Of a stretch of 64,000 nt of DNA, positions 56,644-64,000 are shown piece after piece; positions within the stretch are counted from its first letter, which is position 1; each line of letters opens with the position of its first letter. A program made the translations under genes and the position numbers. This DNA is from Vicinamibacteria bacterium (GTDB lineage Bacteria > Acidobacteriota > Vicinamibacteria > Marinacidobacterales > Marinacidobacteraceae): positions 1,056,001-1,120,000 of the forward strand of contig OZ219815.1 of assembly GCA_964291235.2 (NCBI GenBank). The letters run 5' to 3'. The notes under the pieces were generated by a model that made no database searches, had not been told where the DNA came from, and saw only the letters and a list, made by a program, of their open reading frames with translations.

Positions 56644-57359
56644 TGCGACGCTGGGCACTCGCGGCCCTGCTCGCGGCCGGCTGCGGGACGGGCACGGACG
56701 GCAAGCCGGTCGCACCGCCCACCACCCCGGAGCCGGCGCCGGCCCCGCCACCGCCACCACCGGAACCGAGGGTCTGCGCCGACGAGCGGGAGCACGCGCT
56801 GGCGTTCGGAGCCGTCCTGGTCGAAGAGTGGGACGGCACGCCGTTCCGCGCCTACTTTGACGAAACGATCCCCGAGAGTGAGCGGGCGATGATGGAGTAC
56901 TCCATCGAGGTCGTGGAGCGGCTGTCGAAGCGGCTCGAAGCCCAGCTTGGCTACCCGATCCTCGAAGTGGCCGGCTGGATCGGGGAAGACGAGCGGGGAT
57001 TCGGGATTCGGAATGATGGCTGGGTCGCGGACTGCCGAGGCGTGCGCCCGGGGGGGATCGTCACCACCGTCATCCCGGTCCCGGCGGGCGGTGCGAGGGC
57101 TCTCACCGGCTGCGGCGTGGTCGCCTGGGTCGGCAACGTGATCTACATGAGCGGCGACGGCGCGATGCCGCACGAAATCTTCCACCTGCTCGGGTTCGCC
57201 CACTCGCCGGGCTCGCCCCCGGACGTGTCGAAATCGCCGCCGGGGGTGGGGGTTACCATGTCTCTGCCGCTCACTATGGTCCGCGAGTCCGGCAGGACCT
57301 TGGGCGTTACCTTCGAGGACGTGGACGCGCTGCGCTGCATCTTCCCGGAGGAGGGCTGA
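56643..57359 (+). CDS. Lipoprotein, zincin metalloprotease-like
   Basis: AAGC lipobox; HEIFHLLGFAH; ends CIFPEEG. Confidence 0.85.
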   Translation: MRRWALAALLAAGCGTGTDGKPVAPPTTPEPAPAPPPPPPEPRVCADEREHALAFGAVLVEEWDGTPFRAYFDETIPESERAMMEYSIEVVERLSKRLEAQLGYPILEVAGWIGEDERGFGIRNDGWVADCRGVRPGGIVTTVIPVPAGGARALTGCGVVAWVGNVIYMSGDGAMPHEIFHLLGFAHSPGSPPDVSKSPPGVGVTMSLPLTMVRESGRTLGVTFEDVDALRCIFPEEG

Positions 57360-57360
57360 A

Positions 57361-58504
57361 ATGCACCGACTACTGCTCGTCGCCCTGCTGCTCGCCGGCT
57401 GCGGCGGCGGCACGGACAGCACGCCCGTCGCACCCACCACCCCGGCCCCGGCCCCGCCGCCGCCCCCCCCCCCCGCCCGAAGACCTGGTCGTTCCGGACG
57501 CCGAAGCCGGAAAGGTCGCGCCCGACCGGATCGCGCTCACGCTCACTTCGGAGGCGGGCGTCCCGCTTCCCGACACGGCCTACCAGTGGACCACGGACGA
57601 GCACTCGGGCTGGGTGTTTCCCGCCGAGGCCCGCACGAACGACAAGGGCGAGATCGACGCTGCCTGGATCCCCGGGTTTCCCGGCGTGGGGAAGCTGACC
57701 CTGGAGTTCGAGGAGGCGGGGGAAGAGAGGACGCTTGAGTTCCAGACGTTCAGCGTGGCGCCCCCGAGACCGCCGTGGGCTCACCTGACGCTCTGGCTCG
57801 ACAATCGTCGGGGGGCGACCGGCTACTCCGTCGACATGACTCCCCTGGCGGACCCGGTCGGGACGTACTACGTCGCAACGGGCTGGTCGCCCGGGGGCTA
57901 CGCGGGCCTCCAGCGGGACGGGCTCATTTTCCACCGGCAGTTGCAGTTCTCCGCGTGGGACGCCGAGGACGGCACGGAGGCGGCGGTAGTCGAGACGGCC
58001 GACGGGGTGGTTTGCCAACGCTTCGACCACGAAGGGCATGGGGTCGAGTGCTCCGCGGAGTATCCGTGGTCGGTCGGCCAGACCTACCGCTTCGAGATCA
58101 CCGAGGTCCTTGCGGACGGGAACAGCCTCGTTTCGCTGCGCGTAACCGACCTCGCAACCGGGGACGAACGCTTCATCGGAACCCTCTCGCGCCGCGGTCG
58201 GTTGGGCAGTAGTGGCTTGTACACGTTCAACGAGACCTTTCAGCGCGACGCGCCGACCTGCCTCGACCAGCCGGTGCGAGCGGTCGCTTTCCGTCGAGCG
58301 ATGGCCCGCACGAACGCGATGGAATGGGTCCCGGTCGGGTCCGGAACCCCGTACCCCGTGGAAGATTCCGGGAACCCCGGAACTCCGGCTTGCGCCAATT
58401 TCGCCGTGGAGCCGGGTCCCGATGGTCTGGAGCTGGTGATGGGCGGCACCACGATCAGCGACCCCCACGGCACCCGGTTCTTCGTCATTCCCGAGGGCGG
58501 CTGA
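57361..58504 (+). pseudogene. DUF3472-like lipoprotein paralog, frameshifted in a C12 tract
   Basis: Signal in the 57361 frame, body in the 57614 frame; C12 at 57463-57474; C11 or C14 restores the frame. Confidence 0.8.
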
Positions 58505-58537
58505 TGCGCCGCCTCCTGCTCGCCGCCCTGCTCGCCG
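58504..58537 (+). pseudogene. Truncated start of a further array member
   Basis: TGATGCGCCGCCTCCTGCTCGCCGCCCTGCTCGCCG, as at 55601, then homology ends. Confidence 0.7.
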
Positions 58538-58799
58538 AGGGCATGAAGGGGGGCCGTTCGTACCAGTTGTCGTGCTTCCCGGTGAGACGTCGCCGCCAGG
58601 CAACCTGGCGGGCGCTCACCGTGGTACCCGGTGCGGCCCATGAACGCGGCTCCTGGCCGTTCACCGGTGGCCAGCAGACCCGGCGCACCAAGATTCCCCG
58701 CCCCGGGTCACGTCGGCGGGGTCTCCCCAGTAGGTGTCGCCGTCGCACCGGACTGGGTGCCGCCGCACTCGACACACAGCTGCTGGTTCCTCGGGGCGC

Positions 58800-59132
58800 T
58801 CATGTTGCGTTCTCCGGGCCGACCGGTTCGGCCTTCCAGATCTTCCGGAAGGTGATGCCGATGGTGCCGCGCTGGACGAGCCAGGCGCACACGCACGCGG
58901 TCCAGGTGAACTCCCCCCGGAAACTGAAGCTGGTATGCACGATCTCGCGAAGCGCGGCCCCGAGCAGAAGGACGAATAGCACGAAGAACGGCCAGGCAAG
59001 ATAGCGCAGGGCGCGGTGCCCCCGCCGCCGGAGCGCGCGGAGCGGCACTCCGAAGGCGAGCCCCAACCCAAGAGCCGCGAAGGTGGCGACCAACACTTCG
59101 GTGACGGCATAGGTGATGAGGACGTGACTCAA
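58800..59132 (-). CDS. Small membrane protein, paralog of 59129..59446
   Basis: TTG overlaps the upstream stop; shares ALRRRGHRALRYLAWPF and WKAEPVGPE. Confidence 0.65.
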   Translation of the reverse strand: MSHVLITYAVTEVLVATFAALGLGLAFGVPLRALRRRGHRALRYLAWPFFVLFVLLLGAALREIVHTSFSFRGEFTWTACVCAWLVQRGTIGITFRKIWKAEPVGPENAT

Positions 59133-59446
59133 ACCTCGGCCTCCGGGCCGACCGGCTCGGCCTTCCAGGTCTTGCGGAACGTGGTACGGATGCTGCCGCG
59201 CTGGACGAGCCAAGCCCAAAAGCAGGCGTCCAACATGAGTCCGGAGGAGATGCCCGTGGCTTCGCGGAAAATCATCGCGAGAAGCAGGATGAACAGCCCG
59301 ATGAACGGCCAGGCGAGATAGCGCAGGGCGCGGTGCCCCCGGCGCCGGAGCGCCCGGAGCACCGCCCCGAGGGCGAGCCCCAAGCCGAGACCCGCGAACG
59401 TGACGATCAGCAGGTGCGCAATGGCATGAATGGCGACGACTCTCAT
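59129..59446 (-). CDS. Small membrane protein
   Basis: 105 aa with hydrophobic segments; tandem paralog of 58800..59132. Confidence 0.65.
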   Translation of the reverse strand: MRVVAIHAIAHLLIVTFAGLGLGLALGAVLRALRRRGHRALRYLAWPFIGLFILLLAMIFREATGISSGLMLDACFWAWLVQRGSIRTTFRKTWKAEPVGPEAEV

Positions 59447-59780
59447 CGCATCTCCCTGATCGGCTCGGGCCGGTAGTAGAGCCAGTCGCTCCACGGTCCC
59501 GCCTTGAGAGCGGAGCGGTCCCCCAGCACGTCCGGGCAGAAGAGCCCAGCGACCTGGAGCCCCAAATCGGTCTGACCCTGCCGGTCGTTCGTCAGGCGAA
59601 CGGATATGGGAGCCCCCCCTTGAACCGCCTCCCGCGGGTGGTTAACCGCGAGTGTCCGAAGCCGAACAGGTGGAAGGTCTCGTGGGCCAGCCAGCGATTC
59701 CTGGCCGTCCGCCAATCCCATCAGGATCGCGGGGGACAGCATTCCCGCACTCCGTCGCATGTCATTCATCTCGGGTACCC
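59443..59780 (-). pseudogene. Frameshifted remnant of a zincin lipoprotein paralog
   Basis: Minus strand encodes LAHETFHLFGFGHS, then in another frame NHPREAVQGGAPISVRLT (compare THPHEADLGGVPMSPELT). Confidence 0.7.
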
Positions 59781-60087
59781 GGTAGGCCATCCGGGGCGTG
59801 TCATATTCAGCAAACATTGCGTATAAATAGCGCACAATCAACGATTTCCACAGAACAAAATTGTAAGGTGCCCGGCGACACGGCACAAACGGGATTCCGT
59901 GTCGCCGCGAGACCTTCTGCGCGCGGGTGGGGACGGCGTGTTGCTCTGCGGGCCGGGACGCTTCCGCGTTCGGGGCGGCTTCGTCGTCCCACCACCGACA
60001 TGCCCCCGATCACGGCGGCGGGTTGACCGCACCCGACGCACCGCCGTACGCTGCCTTCGTCAGTCCCCGACAGCCAAGGAGAGAGTT

Positions 60088-61815
60088 GTGCGCAGGTCGA
60101 ATCAGGTGCTCGTCGGTCTCGCGGTCGCCGTTTCCGCGGTGCTCGCGGGGTGTGCTCAGCAAGCCGACCCGGCGGACGCGATCTTCCACGGTGACCACAT
60201 CGTCACCATGGACCCGCAGCAGCCCACCGTGGCAGCGGTCGCGGTGCGTGGCGAGACCATCGTGGCCGCCGGAGCGATGGACGAGGTGATGGCGCTCGAA
60301 GGGCCGTCCACGCGGGTCGTGGATCTGGGCGACCACGCGCTCCTGCCCGGTTTCATTGACGCCCACGGCCACTTCCTGGGAGCGGGCCGCGACCAGGTGT
60401 TGCTGGTCGGGCTGCATCCGCCGCCGGTGGGAGACGTCAACAACATCGACGACATCGTGCGCAAGATCCGGGCGTGGATCGACGAGCACGATATTCCTCC
60501 CGGAGAGCCGGTGACCGGACGCGGCTACGACGACTCGCTGCTCGAGGAAGGCCGGCATCCCACCCGCGAGGATCTGGACCGCGCGTCAACCGAACATCCC
60601 ATCATCCTCACCCACGTGTCGGGACACCTGGTCGCGACCAACTCCGCGCTTCTCGCGGCCAGCAACATCACTGCCGACACGCCGGATCCGCCCGGCGGCC
60701 TGATCCGCCGCATCGAAGGCACGATGGAGCCCGACGGAGTGCTGGAAGAAACCGCCCGCGACCTGCTGGCGTTCGAGCGCAGGCCGACCCCGTCCGGGGA
60801 AGAACTCGACAACCTGATCCGCCGGTCCATCGACATCTACCTGAGCCACGGCACCACCACCGTCCAGGACGGCGGCATCACCCCGGAGCACGCGGCCGTC
60901 CTCCAGGAGGCCGCCGACCGGGAGCCCTTCAATGCGGATGTCGCGGCCTTCATCCGCAAACGCGGCGCGCCCGGCGAGACCCCGGACGTGCCGTACGCGC
61001 GCGGGTATCGCAACGGGTTCCGGGTGGGCGGGGTGAAGCTCATGCTGGACGGTTCTCCCCAGGGACGCACGGCCTGGGTCACGGTCCCGTACGAGGAGGG
61101 CCCGCCGGGCGCACCGCCGGACTACGTGGCCTACGGCGTGATGGATCCCGACGACTACAAGGCCCAGGCGGACCAACTGATCGAGGCGGGCATCCCCTTC
61201 ATTGTGCACGCCAACGGCGACGCGGCGATGGATCTCATGATCGACGGAGTGGACGAGGCGGTCGCGGACCTGGATCCCATGCCCGACCACCGCTCCGTGA
61301 TCATCCACGCCCAGCTCATGCGCGCGGACCAGCTCGACCGCGCCAAGGAGCTGGAGGTGGTGCCCTCGTTCTTCGCGGCGCACGCCTTCTTCTGGGGCGA
61401 CTGGCACCGGCGCAGCTTCGGCGAGGAGCGGGGCAACAACGTCAGCCCCTTGGGTTGGGCCCTCGAGCGGGGGGTGAACTTCACGGTCCACAACGACGCC
61501 TCGGTGGTCCCGCCGCACATGATGCGCCTGGTCTCGATCGCCGTGAACCGCAAGACGCGTAGCGGGCACATCCTCGGGCCGCACCAGCGGGCAACGGTGA
61601 TGCAGGCGCTACACGCGGTCACCCTCGGGGGCGCCTACCAGTACTTCGAGGAGGACACCAAGGGCTCGATCACGGTCGGGAAGCAGGCGGACCTGGTGAT
61701 TCTGGGGGAGAGCCCGCTGACCGCGGAGCCGGAGAGCCTGGAGTTCATCCCGATTCTGGAGACCTTCTCGCGGGGCAGGTCGGTATTCACGAGGTCGGCT
61801 GAGCCGGGGTCGTAG
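60088..61815 (+). CDS. Amidohydrolase family 3 (YtcJ-like) lipoprotein
   Basis: SD AAGGAG + GTG at 60088; LAGC; PGFIDAHGH, HANGD, IHAQ, HND, KGSITVGKQADLVIL. Confidence 0.92.
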   Translation: MRRSNQVLVGLAVAVSAVLAGCAQQADPADAIFHGDHIVTMDPQQPTVAAVAVRGETIVAAGAMDEVMALEGPSTRVVDLGDHALLPGFIDAHGHFLGAGRDQVLLVGLHPPPVGDVNNIDDIVRKIRAWIDEHDIPPGEPVTGRGYDDSLLEEGRHPTREDLDRASTEHPIILTHVSGHLVATNSALLAASNITADTPDPPGGLIRRIEGTMEPDGVLEETARDLLAFERRPTPSGEELDNLIRRSIDIYLSHGTTTVQDGGITPEHAAVLQEAADREPFNADVAAFIRKRGAPGETPDVPYARGYRNGFRVGGVKLMLDGSPQGRTAWVTVPYEEGPPGAPPDYVAYGVMDPDDYKAQADQLIEAGIPFIVHANGDAAMDLMIDGVDEAVADLDPMPDHRSVIIHAQLMRADQLDRAKELEVVPSFFAAHAFFWGDWHRRSFGEERGNNVSPLGWALERGVNFTVHNDASVVPPHMMRLVSIAVNRKTRSGHILGPHQRATVMQALHAVTLGGAYQYFEEDTKGSITVGKQADLVILGESPLTAEPESLEFIPILETFSRGRSVFTRSAEPGS

Positions 61816-62053
61816 TCGGCCCAGCGCCGGCCTGGAGGTCCGGGGCTCCTGGGCGGATCAGGCTTGGGAGTTTCGCGGCCTGCGGCCGCGATGCCTGCCT
61901 GGAGGCTGGCGCTTTTTGCCTGGAGGCCAGCGTTCCCAGGCGCCTGCGTTTCTGGTCGGTCGGCGAACCGGGTTCCCGCCGGCGTTTCCGAGCCAACGGG
62001 CCGACGCTGCTGCTGCGAAACTGGCTCGGGAAGGCACGCTCTTTCATCTGCTT

Positions 62054-62488
62054 ATGGAGCGCGGATGGGATCCGGAGCTCGCCTATACTGCAGACCAGCG
62101 GATACACGCCATGACTTCGGAAACCGCCGTTGCCCGACTGCAACCGGTAATGGCGGAGCTCCGGCAGATGCGCGAGAGCATGGTCACGAAGACGGATTTG
62201 GCGGGCTTCGCCGCGAAGACGGATTTGGCGGGCTTCGCCACGAAGGCGGATTTGGCGGGCTTTGCCACGAAGGCGGACCTGGCGGGCCTTGCCACCAAGG
62301 CGGACCTGGCGGGCCTTGCCACCAAGGCGGACCTGGCGGGCTTTGCCACTACAGCGGATCTGACCAACCTGCGGCGTGAGTTGGCGGAGCGCGAGGTGCG
62401 CCTCATCAAGTGGGTCTTCGGAGTGATGCTGGTGCCGGTGGCCCTCATCGTCGCTCTTGTCGTCGGATTCGTGACGCTTCTGCTGTAG
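62054..62488 (+). CDS. DUF1640/CCDC90-like coiled-coil membrane protein with 9-aa repeats
   Basis: Six 27-bp repeats (TKADLAGFA-like) from 62186; ELAEREVRLIKW then TM tail; start uncertain. Confidence 0.75.
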   Translation: MERGWDPELAYTADQRIHAMTSETAVARLQPVMAELRQMRESMVTKTDLAGFAAKTDLAGFATKADLAGFATKADLAGLATKADLAGLATKADLAGFATTADLTNLRRELAEREVRLIKWVFGVMLVPVALIVALVVGFVTLLL

Positions 62489-62489
62489 C

Positions 62490-62905
62490 TGCCGCCGCCC
62501 GCCTGCGGCGGGCGGTGCCGGTCTGCAAGCCGGCGTTCCCGTGCCTGTGTGACATCGAGGCTGGGGGGGGCCGCCGAGAGGGGAACCATCCTGACGCTGG
62601 GGGGTTCGTCCCGCCGCCCGCCTGCGGCGGGCTGTGCCGGCCTGGAGGCCGGCGTTCCCGTGCCTGTGTGACATCAAGGCTGGTGGGGTTCCGGCCGAGA
62701 CGGGAACCATCCTGACGCTGGGGGGTTCGTCCCGCCGCCCGCCTGCGGCGGGCTGTGCCGGCCTGGAGGCCGGCGTTCCCGTGCCTGTGTGACATCAAGG
62801 CTGGGGGGGGGTTCCCGCCGAGACGGGAACCATCCTGACACTGAGGGGTCCGTCCCGCCGCCCGCCTGTGGCGGGCTGTGCCGGCCTGGAGGCCGGCGTT
62901 CCAAG
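62490..62905 (-). repeat. REP-like tandem array (about 4 units of about 120 bp)
   Basis: Repeated CCGCCGCCCGCCTGCGGCGGGCTGTGCCGGCCTGGAGGCCGGCGTTCCCGTGCCTGTGTGACATC. Confidence 0.9.
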
Positions 62906-62940
62906 CCCATGCGCCGTGCGGGGGGGTGGCTATCCGCGGG

Positions 62941-64000
62941 CTACTCCTGACGTTCGAAGATCAGGTCGCGCACGCGTCCGCCGGTCACGGTGAAGCCGGC
63001 GACGCGGCCCGCGCCGTCGCGAATGAAGCGCACTTCGGGGAGGAACCACTGGTCGCCCTTGAAGGTGTCGTCGCCGGTCGGGGAGAGCACGCTCGGGTCG
63101 TTGCGCCAGTGGCTCGCCACCAGGCGGCCCTCCGTATCGACTCCGAGATCGAAGGTGCTGTCCAGTTCCGGGCTGCGGTAGCTGCCCGCGTACTCCTGCA
63201 ACTGCTGGGCGGTCAGGTCGGGGCCTTCGGGGTCGGGCTCCGGCTCGGAGCCTTCCGGCTCGGGCCCCAGGAGATCGCCGATGAAGACCTCGGCGACCTT
63301 GCGAGCCCGTCCGGCGGGGTCGCAGTCCGAAACGTTGCAGAAGACCGCGATCGAGAGATTCTGCTCCGGGAAGCGCACGAAGTTGGTGCGGTAACCCACC
63401 CACGAACCCCCGTGACCGAAGGTCGGCAGCCCCCGATAGTCCGTCACCGACAGACCGTGGGCGTAGTCCAGGGTTTCGCCGTTCGTGAGCACGCCCCGCT
63501 CGACCATCGTGCGCAGCATCTCCTCGCCACCGACGTGGCCGGTCTCGTAGTTGCGCATCCAGAGGATGAAGTCGTCCAGGGTGGTGTTTAGCGAGGAGGA
63601 AGCCAGCGCGGTGAGCTGGTTGGGCATCCGCTGGAATCCCTCGCCACCTTCGACCGGCGCGTAGGACTCCGCCCGGCCGGGCACGACCTCCAGGTAGTCG
63701 TCCGAGAAGTGGGTGCGGGTCATCCCGAGGGGCGCGAAGATCCGCGACTGGGTGTACTCGCGGAACGTCATCCCCGACTGCACCTCGATCACGCGCGCCA
63801 GCAGGTTGTAGGCCGTGTTCGAATAGGCGTACTCCGAACCGGGCGGGAAGTTGATCGCCCGCTGGCGGTAGAGCATCCGCAGGATCTTCTCGAACGAGAT
63901 GACATCGGTGAAGCCGATCCCGCCGAGCGCCATCGTGTGCGGCCAGTCGCGGATCCCGCTGGTGTGGTGGATCAGGTGGCGCGCCGTGATGACCGCGCCG
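62941..64000 (-). CDS. Serine hydrolase (beta-lactamase family), partial (start beyond window)
   Basis: HLIHHTSGIRDW, YAYSNTAY, HGGSW. Confidence 0.9.
   Translation of the reverse strand, partial: GAVITARHLIHHTSGIRDWPHTMALGGIGFTDVISFEKILRMLYRQRAINFPPGSEYAYSNTAYNLLARVIEVQSGMTFREYTQSRIFAPLGMTRTHFSDDYLEVVPGRAESYAPVEGGEGFQRMPNQLTALASSSLNTTLDDFILWMRNYETGHVGGEEMLRTMVERGVLTNGETLDYAHGLSVTDYRGLPTFGHGGSWVGYRTNFVRFPEQNLSIAVFCNVSDCDPAGRARKVAEVFIGDLLGPEPEGSEPEPDPEGPDLTAQQLQEYAGSYRSPELDSTFDLGVDTEGRLVASHWRNDPSVLSPTGDDTFKGDQWFLPEVRFIRDGAGRVAGFTVTGGRVRDLIFERQE

Noticed and set aside
52870-59900. Intact prophage or integrative element at tRNA-Ser
   Set aside because: Integrase is truncated, no attR copy was found, and there are no phage or conjugation genes

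Overview
A 64-kb GC-rich bacterial chromosomal segment. Tandem Oar-type TonB-dependent receptors plus a complete Na+-NQR locus suggest a marine, possibly host-associated Acidobacteriota genome (inference only). The backbone carries a heterodimeric ABC exporter pair, a thioredoxin-like protein, nqrABCDEF-apbE-nqrM, two amidohydrolases, SDRs, two TBDRs, two serine hydrolases, a deacylase/dehydrogenase/aminotransferase cluster, a Na+/Ca2+ antiporter, a TolC-MFP-RND pump and tRNA-Ser(GGA). Small accessory cargo is scattered between these genes: VapBC, DinJ with a truncated YafQ, an orphan HTH antitoxin, MTase-HNH and SRA-like-HNH nucleases, two AAA+DUF4143 ATPases, DUF1640-like proteins and Cys-rich lipoproteins. 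About nine clusters of a covarying REP-like double-hairpin repeat are also present. Main observations: (1) cargo repeatedly sits between the intact 3' end of a host gene and a diverged dead copy of that same 3' end, with no mobility gene (thioredoxin-like gene twice, nqrM, RND permease, possibly the SDR); (2) next to tRNA-Ser and a truncated integrase, a lipoprotein array frames unrelated domains (DUF3472-like versus zincin) with the same signal/Pro-linker head and PEGG-stop/SD tail; (3) an IS3-family element sits exactly in a REP hairpin loop; (4) a single-chain aminotransferase pseudo-dimer has complementary active-site residues in its two halves; (5) there is a 32-bp phased repeat array and a DnaA-box-like palindrome. 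All alignments were done by eye; no database searches were run.
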